From Candidatus Altimarinota bacterium (GTDB lineage: Bacteria > Patescibacteriota > Gracilibacteria > CAIRYL01 > GCA-016699755), in NCBI GenBank assembly GCA_963664295.1, contig OY760935.1:256001-320000 (forward strand): a stretch of 64,000 nucleotides of DNA. Reading direction: 5' to 3'. The position numbers were made by a program, and so were the translations under genes. Shown here piece after piece: positions 1-10,722 of this stretch; within the stretch, counting starts at the first letter, position 1; every line of letters starts with the position of its first letter. Under the pieces are notes generated by a model that saw nothing but the letters and a program-made list of their open reading frames with translations, made no database searches and was not told where the DNA came from.

Positions 1-472
1 ATGCAGTCATGTTATGTAGACCAGCTTTGGAAGCGGAATAAGCTGGAGTTGTTGCCTGTGAGCGCAAGCCACGCATAGAACCAACATTAACAATAGCACT
101 TGCACCAAGATGATGAGCTTCCCGTGCGCAAAAGAAAGGCGCAGTAAGATTTACCATAAATAAATCCTGAAAATCCTCAATAGTAAGTTCATCATCAGGC
201 TTGCGATTAACCATGCCTGCATTATTTACTAAAACATCAATTTTTCCCCATTTTTCTTTTATTTCTGTAAACATTTTTTCGGTTTCTTCTGGGTTTATAA
301 AATCAGCTTGTAGATATTCTGCTTTTCCACCTTGATATTGAATTTTTTCTACAACTTCAGTGTTGTTTGGTCTTCTGCCATGAACAAGAACAAAATAATT
401 TTCTTGGGCAAATTTAAGAGCACAAGCTTCGCCAATACCGCTAGTTGCGCCTGTAATTAAAGCAATTTTCAT
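1..472 (-). CDS. SDR family oxidoreductase (3' end runs off the window)
   Basis: Manual translation from ATG at 472: MKIALITGATSGIGEACA (TGxxxGIG), IDVLVNNAG, AYSASK (YxxxK). Absent from the ORF track because it is truncated. Confidence 0.9.
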   Translation of the reverse strand, partial: MKIALITGATSGIGEACALKFAQENYFVLVHGRRPNNTEVVEKIQYQGGKAEYLQADFINPEETEKMFTEIKEKWGKIDVLVNNAGMVNRKPDDELTIEDFQDLFMVNLTAPFFCAREAHHLGASAIVNVGSMRGLRSQATTPAYSASKAGLHNMTA

Positions 473-555
473 AAATAAACAAAAAACTAGACAAAATGAT
501 TATACCATAATAGGATTTAACCTTGTATTAAATATTTTTAATATTAAAAATTGTT

Positions 556-972
556 ATGAAAAAATTTCCTCTTAAGGTTTTGGGTGAAAATTTTCCTGTT
601 GATCTTGAGAATCATTGCAAGGATCATATATTTGATGGTGGCAACACAGTTTTATTTAATAATATGGGACAAGCTTGTCCTAATTTTGCTGGTATGCAAC
701 AGAAAATTGTGGCCAACAAAGGAAAAAAAGGATTAGAACAAACAGAGCTTGTTTTGCGTTGTCACCTTAAAGAATTGATCGAAAGCATGCGCCTAAAAGG
801 TCAGCCAATAAAAAATTTACAAGAATTAAAGCAGGTTGTAGAGGAAACATCTTTGTATAGAACAAGAATTGCACCAATTTTAAAAAATGCTGACCCTGCT
901 TGTCCGCTTGCGCAGAGAGTAAAAGGTGAAATTTTGGAAATTCTTGAGCAAGCCCAATCCCTTGCCAGTTAA
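556..972 (+). CDS. hypothetical protein
   Basis: 138-aa ORF filling the gap before purA; no motif recognised. Confidence 0.6.
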   Translation: MKKFPLKVLGENFPVDLENHCKDHIFDGGNTVLFNNMGQACPNFAGMQQKIVANKGKKGLEQTELVLRCHLKELIESMRLKGQPIKNLQELKQVVEETSLYRTRIAPILKNADPACPLAQRVKGEILEILEQAQSLAS

Positions 973-982
973 GATTTTTTAA

Positions 983-2257
<1,275 letters not shown>

Positions 2258-2258
2258 C

Positions 2259-3506
2259 TTACGCACTCTCAATTCTGCGCAATACATCTTTTTTTGTGAC
2301 TAAACTTCTTCCTTGTGAAAAAGCTGGATTTTGTCTTGCAACGAGTGATTGATAATAGCCACCTTTTTCTGAGCCAATTACATAATCATCGCCTTTATCA
2401 AGAGCATAAGGATAAAAAACAGCAAGATATAAATCGCCATAAGAATTTAATTTACCTTTATAAGGTCGAAAATATTTATAAACATAGTCTAATTGTTTTA
2501 CTCCAGACATTTTTCTAAGCTCAAATGTGCTTGTGCCAAGATTTTTCGCAGTTTCTGGCATAAATTGAATTAAACCAGTTGCTCCACTCATTGTGTTTAC
2601 TGATTTTGGATTTATTCCTGATTCAAATTGAAAAACTTTTTTTAAATCATCTGAATTAATATTTAGTTGAGCACAAAGAGAAGAGATTTTGTCTTGAAAT
2701 TCAGAGTTATTCCAAAGTGCCTCGCCTTTTAAGTTTTCTCCATTGTCTATTTCTTCATCAGCAATAAAGAATTTTTCTCTATCTTGAGCAAAATTTATCC
2801 ATGAATTATCAACCTCTTCCTTTGCTTCTGCTAAGCCCTCAAAATAAGTAGCAACTAATTCGGGGCTCATTTCTTCTTCGTTTTGTTCTTTGTTTATTTT
2901 TGCTCCTTTTGCTGTTAGATAGTCTGTTTTGGAAATTGTTTGAAACTTAAAACCGCTAAATATAGGGATATAAGGAGGGTTTTTGTCTGGGTCGACAAAT
3001 CCTGCTCTTTTTTGTCCTGAAAAATTGATGTCATTTTTACGATAACCATAAAAAACATCTCCTTCAGGGGATTCGACTTTTATAAATTGTGTTTTAAGGT
3101 TTAAAAAATCTCCAAGACCAATTAAAGCCTCTGCTTTTGGACAACCACTAAAATCAATTGTTCCCTCTTGAATATTTTTTTCTTCTGAATTTGTATTGAT
3201 AAATAAACGACTTAAGCTTCCTGGAAAAATATTTTCCAACATATAAAGCTTTGAAGGATTTTCTTTTCTTAGAGCTTCTCTGTGTTTATCAATAATTTCT
3301 GTTGCTTTTTTGTTGTAATTTTCTTTTTCTTTACCTGCAAGGCTTTGGTTTACTCTTTCGCGTAGATTTTGTCGCAGACTTTTTAGTTCTTCAATAATTT
3401 GGTCAATATTCAAACCAGCTTCTTTTGTTTCTGGGTTATTTAGAGCTTTTTTTGCGCTTAATACCTGTGGTAATTTAGGGCCTTCTCTGTATGGTTTAAT
3501 GGCCAT
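2259..3506 (-). CDS. protein with C-terminal lysozyme-like/transglycosylase (SLT-type) domain
   Basis: FESGINPKSVN..SGATGLIQFMPETA..LG..QLDYV..Y..DLYLAVFYP is typical of SLT/lysozyme-like domains; the N-terminal two-thirds are not recognised. Confidence 0.8.
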   Translation of the reverse strand: MAIKPYREGPKLPQVLSAKKALNNPETKEAGLNIDQIIEELKSLRQNLRERVNQSLAGKEKENYNKKATEIIDKHREALRKENPSKLYMLENIFPGSLSRLFINTNSEEKNIQEGTIDFSGCPKAEALIGLGDFLNLKTQFIKVESPEGDVFYGYRKNDINFSGQKRAGFVDPDKNPPYIPIFSGFKFQTISKTDYLTAKGAKINKEQNEEEMSPELVATYFEGLAEAKEEVDNSWINFAQDREKFFIADEEIDNGENLKGEALWNNSEFQDKISSLCAQLNINSDDLKKVFQFESGINPKSVNTMSGATGLIQFMPETAKNLGTSTFELRKMSGVKQLDYVYKYFRPYKGKLNSYGDLYLAVFYPYALDKGDDYVIGSEKGGYYQSLVARQNPAFSQGRSLVTKKDVLRRIESA

Positions 3507-3509
3507 TTA

Positions 3510-4181
3510 TTATTGTGTTAGATTTCTTGCAAACTCACGAACAAGTATTGCAGCTTCTTTTGCATCTGCTTTTCTTGATCCAAAACTAATATTTTCGAAA
3601 ATATTAGTTAATGTGTTGATAACAATATCTTTGTTACTATCACTAGTAAAAACTGTATACATTAAGTCATTTTTTTTGATGGTATTTGTTGCAGAAATAA
3701 TTATGTTGTTTATAGTGCGAGCAATGTTTTTTTGTGGATTATTTTCTGCTTTAGTAAGCATGTCTTTTACTAAAATAGTGAGAGCATCTTTAATGAATGG
3801 TTCTGCAATTGCGGGCTCATTTATTAGCTCATCCTGGGCAACATTTTGTTCCATTTTAACAAGTTTTGCTTCGGTTTCAGGATCAAAAAGATCTTCTTGT
3901 GAGTCCTTAGGGTCTATTGCCTCAGCTTTAGGTGCTTCATATCCTTGTGTTGTTTGATTAAGCATTTTTTGGACATCAGCAAGGTTTGGTTGATCAGGGT
4001 CAAGCCTAATTTCTTTAAGACTAGCCTCTTTAGCAATTTCACCACCATCTTTTTGAATTTCTTTAAGCCATGTTTGCAGGTCTGTAGCTGGCTCTTCTGC
4101 GCCAGGCAGTCCTTTTAGCATATCTGGTGGCATTTTTGCCTGTTCCGACCTGTTGTCTGGTTTTTCGTTTAAGTTGTTCAT
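3510..4181 (-). CDS. hypothetical protein
   Basis: 223-aa ORF tightly packed between co-oriented neighbours. Confidence 0.7.
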   Translation of the reverse strand: MNNLNEKPDNRSEQAKMPPDMLKGLPGAEEPATDLQTWLKEIQKDGGEIAKEASLKEIRLDPDQPNLADVQKMLNQTTQGYEAPKAEAIDPKDSQEDLFDPETEAKLVKMEQNVAQDELINEPAIAEPFIKDALTILVKDMLTKAENNPQKNIARTINNIIISATNTIKKNDLMYTVFTSDSNKDIVINTLTNIFENISFGSRKADAKEAAILVREFARNLTQ

Positions 4182-4204
4182 GATTTTTTGAAAAATTTTA
4201 ATTT

Positions 4205-6643
4205 TTATTTTTGTGTTAGGCGATAAAGTGCTTCTGCAACTTCACCTCTGCTGATTTCTTTTGCTGGTTCAAATTTACCTTGTTCAAAGTCCAATAAATC
4301 ATTATCTCGAGCATATTTTGCATAAGGCGCATACCAATCATCTACACTAACATCATCAAATGGACTGTATCTTATATCGTCTGCATCAACATCGGCAGTT
4401 AAGAGAAGAATTTTGAAAAATTCTGCACGATTTATATTATTAGCTGGGCGAAATGTGTTGTCTGGAAATCCATTCACAATGCCGTCTGTCATTGCAGTAT
4501 AGAGAAAATCAATAAACCAAACTCCATCTTCAACATCAGTAAAATCAACGTTGCCAGATGATACAGGTTTACTCAGGCCAAGCAAGAGCATTTTAGTTGC
4601 CTCTGCACGATTTATGTTGTTATATGGTTTAAATGTTCCGTCAGAAAAGCCGTTAATAACCCCATCATTATACAAACTATTAATAGCTACATAGTATGTA
4701 TTAGTTTCTTTGACATCAGTAAATTCTTTTGCCATATCGACACTAATTCGATCAGAAACACCAAGAATAACTCCTGATTTTATTTTGATTTTTACCGCAT
4801 CTTGAGAGGTGGCAGTAAAATATATTTCTGCTTTGCCATCATAGAAATCATCTCTTGTTAATTCATCTTTTGAAAAATAGCCCTGACCTTCAGTAAGACT
4901 AATTTCTGCTGTGCCATTAAAAGTGCTTGGAGTTTTTGCTCCATCTTCATCTAAAGTATAGATTGTGATTTTTTTTGATTGATTGATTGTAAATTCATCT
5001 GGTCCTTCTACTTCAAACATAGAAACAGGCATTGCGTCTTCGATTACTGTTATCTCTAACTCAGAAGAGCCTATTTTAATTACATTTTCTCCAATAGTAC
5101 TAGATGTGAAAGATATAATAGCAGTACCATTTTGATCAAAATCATTTGTGCTTAATTGACTAGGTGAGATTTGTCCTTCTCCATCAACTTCAATTTCAAC
5201 GTTTTTATCAAGAGAGAAACCAATCATTTTATCGCCATTTTCATCAAAAGCAGTGATTTTAATTGGAGTGCTGTCATTTATTTTTGTAAAGCTTTCTCCG
5301 TTTAGTTCAAAGCTAGCAGGTTGCTCGCTTTGTTCGTCATTATCGTTTGAATCATTACTATTTGAATTGTCGTTATCGTTTGAGCTATTGTTATCATCGT
5401 TGTTGTCTTCATCTGTTTTTTCCTCGCCATTTACTGTCACTTTTGTGCTACCGGTTTTTGTGCCTGCGCGAACAATAAAAGTGACGCCACCTGGATTATC
5501 AAGTTGAATTACTGTGTTTGCTACACCTGATTTAAAATTAAGTTCAGGTAGATCAATTGTTTTGTCAGTGGCTAAAAATTCAGCTTCGCTACTATCAAAA
5601 TTTTCAATTATTTCATTGTGCTCATCTTTTGCTGTGACTGTAATTTCTACTTTTTCCCCAGCTTCAATTTCAGCCTGATCTGCTTCAACTATAATTGTTT
5701 CCACTGATACTACCTCTGTATTATCTGTATGATTTTCATCATTTGTGTCGTCTGAGCTTGCATTGCTACCTCCGCTATAATTTAGGTGTTCTTGCACCCA
5801 AAGCATTGGATTGATTGTGTTTTTAAATGCTTCCGATTGACCAAGTCCAACATTTATAGCTTCAAAAAAACTAAGTCCAGCCGCGGTTGCTTCTGTGGAT
5901 GAAAAAGGCCACCAAGGATGCCAAGGGGCTTCATCTGTATCAATTTGAAAATGCAAATGAGGGGTTGTGGCAGTGCCAGTGTCTCCGGAAAGACCTATTT
6001 TATCGCCTTTGCTAACTTTTTGTCCCTCTTCCACCAAAACTTGGTTCAAATGGGCATAACAAGAATAAATTGTTTCAGTAGAGCCATTTACAGGAACATT
6101 AGAATGTTGTACACAAATATGTTTTCCAAAACCAGTATTTTGATTTATTGCTTTGGTGACAACACCATTTGCAATGGAGTAAACAGGGGTGTTTTTTGGC
6201 ACAACAATATCAACTGCCAAATGAGAACCAGCATTTTCTGTGTAATCTAATTGATAATTGCCCATATAAACAACTGTGTAAGTCATTTTTGCATTGATTG
6301 TGTCATTGTCTGTTTTGTCGCTTTGTAGTTGATTGGCATCATACTCAGGAATATTAACAAGTTGACCACTTGAATAAGAAGTAAAAAGCTGGTTGTTTGT
6401 ACCACCAACTTTAGCCCAGTTTGGAATTTGTTGAATTGGCATAACAGTGCCATCAAATACAGGTACATCAAGTATGCTGGCCTTAAACCATTCTGCTCCT
6501 TGTTCGAGCATAAAAACTCCGACCATAAGCACAATAGTCAAAGCAGAGAATGAAAAAACAGGTCTTTTTTCAAGAAATTTAGAAACTATGTCTACATATT
6601 TTTTAAATCCTGTATTTTGTTTTTTTCTTGTTTTTTTAGGCAT
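4205..6643 (-). CDS. M23 family metallopeptidase with Ig-like region and C-terminal S-layer homology (SLH) domains
   Basis: N-terminal TM; HLAVDI and PHLHFQI M23 zinc motifs, YAHL; three SLH repeats (FTDV..GVINGFSDGTFKPYNNINRAE). Confidence 0.9.
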   Translation of the reverse strand: MPKKTRKKQNTGFKKYVDIVSKFLEKRPVFSFSALTIVLMVGVFMLEQGAEWFKASILDVPVFDGTVMPIQQIPNWAKVGGTNNQLFTSYSSGQLVNIPEYDANQLQSDKTDNDTINAKMTYTVVYMGNYQLDYTENAGSHLAVDIVVPKNTPVYSIANGVVTKAINQNTGFGKHICVQHSNVPVNGSTETIYSCYAHLNQVLVEEGQKVSKGDKIGLSGDTGTATTPHLHFQIDTDEAPWHPWWPFSSTEATAAGLSFFEAINVGLGQSEAFKNTINPMLWVQEHLNYSGGSNASSDDTNDENHTDNTEVVSVETIIVEADQAEIEAGEKVEITVTAKDEHNEIIENFDSSEAEFLATDKTIDLPELNFKSGVANTVIQLDNPGGVTFIVRAGTKTGSTKVTVNGEEKTDEDNNDDNNSSNDNDNSNSNDSNDNDEQSEQPASFELNGESFTKINDSTPIKITAFDENGDKMIGFSLDKNVEIEVDGEGQISPSQLSTNDFDQNGTAIISFTSSTIGENVIKIGSSELEITVIEDAMPVSMFEVEGPDEFTINQSKKITIYTLDEDGAKTPSTFNGTAEISLTEGQGYFSKDELTRDDFYDGKAEIYFTATSQDAVKIKIKSGVILGVSDRISVDMAKEFTDVKETNTYYVAINSLYNDGVINGFSDGTFKPYNNINRAEATKMLLLGLSKPVSSGNVDFTDVEDGVWFIDFLYTAMTDGIVNGFPDNTFRPANNINRAEFFKILLLTADVDADDIRYSPFDDVSVDDWYAPYAKYARDNDLLDFEQGKFEPAKEISRGEVAEALYRLTQK

Positions 6644-6709
6644 TTTGTGTGAAAAGTATTATTTGGTTTTTGTTTTATTCTTTAAATCTATCTATTATCT
6701 CATTTTTTT

Positions 6710-7798
6710 GTGAAAAATTCAAGTCATTTCGTGGCTCAAAATCAAGAAAAAACCACCAAAGCAGGTGTTTTTTTGGCAAAAAGAATTTTAGGACGACCAG
6801 AATGGGCAAAAACAGTGTTATTAAAAGGGGATTTAGGAGCAGGAAAAACAACTTTTGTTCGTGGTTTTGCTGAAGGTCTTTCAAAAAAAATAACAGCAAA
6901 AAGTCCCAGTTTTACAATAATCGCAGAACATAATTTTACATTCGAAGCAGAGGAGTGGACTTTAGTCCATGTTGACCTTTATCGCTTGGGTAATAATTAT
7001 GATTCGGAAATATATAATTATCTTGAAGAAAAAATAAAAGAAAAAAATAAAATTGTAGTTATTGAATGGGCAGAAAACTTAATCAAAGAATTTGAATTAC
7101 CAAAAAATAGGATTGAAATTAGCTTTGAGCACGGAAAAAATGAAAATGAGCGCATAATAAAGCCAATATTTTTTGACCCAGGCGTACCAAGCTTGGAGCA
7201 AGTGGAGCAACTTTCCAATGAATTTCACACTCCTTTTCATGTGCGCAATCACGAAAAAGGAGTAGAAAAAGTAGCCAGCCAGTTTGCCAAAAATTTTCTA
7301 AAAAATGGAGTTATTGTGGATTTAAATTTAATAAAAACAGCCTCTTTGTTGCACGATTTGGTAAGAATTGTGAATTTTAAAGAAATTATTTTTGATGATT
7401 TTTGCGAGGAAGAGAAAATAACAGATGAAAAAATTTGTTTTTGGAATAATATTCGAGAAAGCCACGGGCACATGCATCATGGTGAAGCCGCAAGTGAGAT
7501 TTTGCGTGAACGAGGTTTTATTTCCTGTGCTGATGTAGTTGAAAGGCATAAGTCCAGGGCTATTTTTGAAGAACTTCGCACATTTGAGGAAAAAATTGTT
7601 TATTTAGCAGACAAAAAAGTGCTTCATGACAAAATTGTCACCATAGCCCAAAGGCTGGAAGACGGCAGAGTGCGCCACAATCTCAAAAACGAGGAATTGC
7701 AAAAAAAATTGGAAAAAGGGATTACTAATCTTCGTGATGAACTTTTGGCTCTTGCAGGTTTTGCGAATGAAGAGGACTTTGATAAAGAATTGATTTAA
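6710..7798 (+). CDS. tsaE: t6A biosynthesis ATPase TsaE fused to a C-terminal HD domain
   Basis: GDLGAGKTTFVRG, KSPSFTI, HVDLYRL, VIEWAE (TsaE); then HVRNH..LLHDL..HH..H..LADK (HD). Confidence 0.88.
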   Translation: MKNSSHFVAQNQEKTTKAGVFLAKRILGRPEWAKTVLLKGDLGAGKTTFVRGFAEGLSKKITAKSPSFTIIAEHNFTFEAEEWTLVHVDLYRLGNNYDSEIYNYLEEKIKEKNKIVVIEWAENLIKEFELPKNRIEISFEHGKNENERIIKPIFFDPGVPSLEQVEQLSNEFHTPFHVRNHEKGVEKVASQFAKNFLKNGVIVDLNLIKTASLLHDLVRIVNFKEIIFDDFCEEEKITDEKICFWNNIRESHGHMHHGEAASEILRERGFISCADVVERHKSRAIFEELRTFEEKIVYLADKKVLHDKIVTIAQRLEDGRVRHNLKNEELQKKLEKGITNLRDELLALAGFANEEDFDKELI

Positions 7799-7811
7799 TC
7801 ACACAAAAACT

Positions 7812-8213
7812 AGATTTGCAGTCCGATAATGACAAGTTTTTTCGTCATTCCAAGGAGTTCGTCAAAGGTGAACGACGCAATCTATTTTCTGTCATCCTGA
7901 GCGAGCCTTTAGGCGAAGCGAAGGATCTCCCGTAGTCATTGTTGTTTAAATTACCGAGGCAGTATCCCTAGTTCAGTCATTCTGAACTCGATTCAGAATC
8001 TCCCAGTGCCATTACTACACAATTACCCAAGTTATAATTTGAGCAAATGTCCAAGGAGATTCTTTGCTTCTTCTTCTTTTCTTTTTCTTCGCTAAAGTTA
8101 CGAAGGATTCGCTCAGAATGACAGGAGGGAAATACTTAAGGTAGGACTTGAGCAAATGGCAAAGGAGATTGCGGATCAAGTCCGCAATGACAGATAAAAA
8201 AGCTCAGAATGAC
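7812..8213. repeat. array of GTCAT/ATGAC-tagged palindromic (REP-like) repeats
   Basis: gtcatcctgagcgagcctttaggcgaagcgaaggatctc, gtcattctgaactcgattcagaatctc and gagattgcggatcaagtccgcaatgac; the same family of units recurs at five other loci. Confidence 0.9.
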
Positions 8214-8303
8214 AGCGAGTAATCGACTAACTTTCTTAGGAGTGATAGAGTGAAATTTACTTATTTACCTTAAATTAAGATAAAAACACAAAAAATACAT
8301 AAG

Positions 8304-8337
8304 AAAAAAACCCAGATTCACGTTATGTGTCTCTGGG
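8304..8337 (-). terminator. intrinsic terminator
   Basis: Minus strand cccaga-gacacataacgtgaa-tctggg followed by a T7 tract. Confidence 0.65.
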
Positions 8338-8452
8338 CCAATTGTGGATCGATCGAGTCTATTACCTTGCAGGTATATTCTCTTTATCGTTCAATGCCTT
8401 TTCAGGCGTTGAAGATTTGCAAGTTGATAAACCAAGCAATCCACAATTGGCC
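8336..8452 (-). ncRNA. candidate structured RNA (unclassified)
   Basis: 16-bp closing stem ggccaattgtggattg/cgatccacaattggcc enclosing hairpins ttcaacgcct-GAAA-aggcattgaa and tacc-tgcaa-ggta; lies between the orphan stop codon and a terminator. Confidence 0.5.
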
Positions 8453-8484
8453 TGAGTTAGGCGGTCGGTTGTCAAAGAAAAAAA

Positions 8485-8958
8485 TTAGTTCTTGAATGCG
8501 ACGGTTCTTTTGAAAACAATTCCGCCGCACTTTTTTGTATTGTTGTGTACGATGGACATGGACATGGTCATATCCGTATCATTCCTGAGCAGTATAATGA
8601 AATATTCTGCGATTTTGTAGCCTCCGTCATCAAATCTGATGTGGTAGGTAGACGGCACTGTTATCTCCTCTCCGGGCGGAGCAAAAACCTTTATCTTTTT
8701 CATGTCGTTGTCCAAGATTCCTTTTTCAATCTTGCGACATTCCTGCCCAACGCCTTTTTTGTTCGTTACGTGGGGCATTACTGACACGGTTGTGCCTTCC
8801 GGCAGAAATTCCACAGCCCTCTTAGATAAGAGAGCAAGCGCTTCTTCCGCATTCAGCGTTGTGTTGGCGGCGCTGGTGGTGGTGGTGGTGACGGCGCTGA
8901 TGCCGATGATAACGACAAAAAAGATTGCCTTGAGAATTGCGATTGTGTTGTGTTTCAT
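8485..8958 (-). CDS. secreted hypothetical protein (GC-richer orphan)
   Basis: 157 aa with a signal-peptide-like N-terminus; strong SD AAGGAGGAG before the ATG; visibly higher GC than the flanks. Confidence 0.8.
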   Translation of the reverse strand: MKHNTIAILKAIFFVVIIGISAVTTTTTSAANTTLNAEEALALLSKRAVEFLPEGTTVSVMPHVTNKKGVGQECRKIEKGILDNDMKKIKVFAPPGEEITVPSTYHIRFDDGGYKIAEYFIILLRNDTDMTMSMSIVHNNTKKCGGIVFKRTVAFKN

Positions 8959-9089
8959 AGTGCTCCTCCTTGGTGAGTTGGGTTGTTGCGCGTAATTGCG
9001 CGGGTTGTGTTGTAAAGATGTTGTTTTTTCCTTTGACCACCAATTGAAACTCTAATTTTAAAATTCCAATTTGGTGATCAAAACCGATG

Positions 9090-9143
9090 TTGTCAAAGAA
9101 CAGGTTGATGCAATTTAACATCTTTTTTTATATTTGTCAAGAG
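9090..9143 (-). promoter_or_regulatory. sigma70 promoter plus boxA-like site
   Basis: TTGACA (9140-9135), 17 nt, TAAATT with extended-10 TG, then TGTTCTTTGACA (9102-9091); near-identical to 13677-13729. Confidence 0.75.
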
Positions 9144-9153
9144 AAAAAAACTT

Positions 9154-9757
9154 CGTTATCCTGAGCGAGCCTTTAGGCGAAACGAAGGATCTCCCGTTGT
9201 CATTACTGTTGAATTACCTAAGGCAGGATTTGAGCGCATGGACAAGGAGATTGCGGGTCGTAGCCCGCAATGACAGCCCAAAAAGTCCGCAATGACAAAT
9301 ATGATGTCATCCTGAGTTTAATTCAGGATCTCCCGTTGTCATTACTACACAATCACCCATGGCAGGACTTGAGCACATGGACAGGGAGATTGCGGATCAA
9401 GTCCGCAATGACAAATATGATGTCATCCTGAATTTAATTCAGGATCTCCCGCAGTCATTGTTGTTGAATTACTTAAGACAGGACTTGAGCAAATGGACAA
9501 GGAGATTGCGGATCAAGTCCGCAATGACAAGACAGGACTTGAGCAAATGGACAAGGAGATTCTTCGCTCCATTTCATTCCGCTTAGAATGACAGCAAGGG
9601 TGTATTTACGCTCAGAATGACACCTCTTGCCTCCCGAGATTGCGGGTCAAGCCCACAATGATACCCCAAAAAGCCCACAATGACACCTCCCTAAAAAGCC
9701 CGCAATGACAAAATGGATTGCCACGCCCTTCGCCCTTGGCGTTGTCCTCAGAGTGAC
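9154..9757. repeat. array of REP-like palindromic repeats
   Basis: Multiple gtcatcctg...ggatctc and gagattgcgg...ccgcaatgac units with a conserved linker. Confidence 0.9.
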
Positions 9758-9784
9758 GAATATTCTTAGATATAAAACAACAAT

Positions 9785-10468
9785 TTAATCACCATTTTGT
9801 TTTACCTCTTTGCTGATTTCTTTTTGAAAACTGTAAACGCCTAGTATTAAAAAGGCAAAAACAGCACCAAAAAGAATAAAAAACAAATTAAAAAGAAAAT
9901 TAAGATAAATTTTACCAATTTCAGCATAGGACCCTTTTCCTAAGAGAATTCCAAAAAAACTAACAAAAGGCACAAGAGAAACAGCAATAGCAACACCAAC
10001 AAGATGTCCAACTCCAGTATCTTTTAACCATGAATACACACTAGCAAAGCCAGAAACAAAAGCAGTAATAAAAAACAAATCGTAATAAGAAGCGAATTTT
10101 TCGAAAAAATAATCTGTATTAATTTCAAAGCCTGCAAAAATCAAGGCTTTAATCAATAAAGCAGAGACCAAAATAACAAAAAAAATACTTCCAAAAAGAC
10201 TTTTGCTCGAATAAATCATTAAATCTTTGTTGCGAGCAGAAATGCCCGCCGCAAAAGCAAGAACAGGATTAAGCAAAGGAGCAAGCACCATTGCGGCGAT
10301 CAAAATAGCAGTATCATTTAAAATAATTCCCAAAGTAGCCAATATTGCAGACAATCCACACATTACAAAGAAATTAAGCTTTAATTTTGACTCTTCTATT
10401 AAGTTAGCAATAGCATTTTCCATTGTTTTTGCCTCGTGAAAATGTTTTATGATCCTTTTAATAATCAT
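9785..10468 (-). CDS. DUF389 (TIGR00341-type) membrane protein
   Basis: LSAILATLGIILNDTAILIAAMVLAPLLNP and LVGVAIAVSLVP motifs; multi-TM. Confidence 0.85.
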   Translation of the reverse strand: MIIKRIIKHFHEAKTMENAIANLIEESKLKLNFFVMCGLSAILATLGIILNDTAILIAAMVLAPLLNPVLAFAAGISARNKDLMIYSSKSLFGSIFFVILVSALLIKALIFAGFEINTDYFFEKFASYYDLFFITAFVSGFASVYSWLKDTGVGHLVGVAIAVSLVPFVSFFGILLGKGSYAEIGKIYLNFLFNLFFILFGAVFAFLILGVYSFQKEISKEVKQNGD

Positions 10469-10722
10469 TATTTTTTATAAATCATATAATTATAATATAA
10501 AACAGACTTAATCACAAGGTCGTCATGCTTATAAATTTAACAACTTTATTTTTTTCAAAAAAATCAAGTCCGACCCATTCGAGCTTCTTTTTGGCTACAA
10601 AAAAAAATATAAAAATTCTAAATGTTGATTAAAATATATTGCATATATGAAAAACAGATCAGCAAAAGCTTATATTGCAACTTGGCAAAAGTATGCTTTT
10701 GTGTATAATAAATAAGCTAAAA

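Noticed and set aside
8336-8462. Integron attC site (GCCTAAC = RYYYAAC on the minus strand after the stop, followed by a palindrome)
   Set aside because: No matching GTTRRRY at the far end of the palindrome, no integrase, and the gene has its own promoter.
9359-9586. 75-aa ORF (also 12169-12450, 13539-13742, 23379-23567)
   Set aside because: These are translations of REP-like repeats or promoter DNA with no independent coding evidence.
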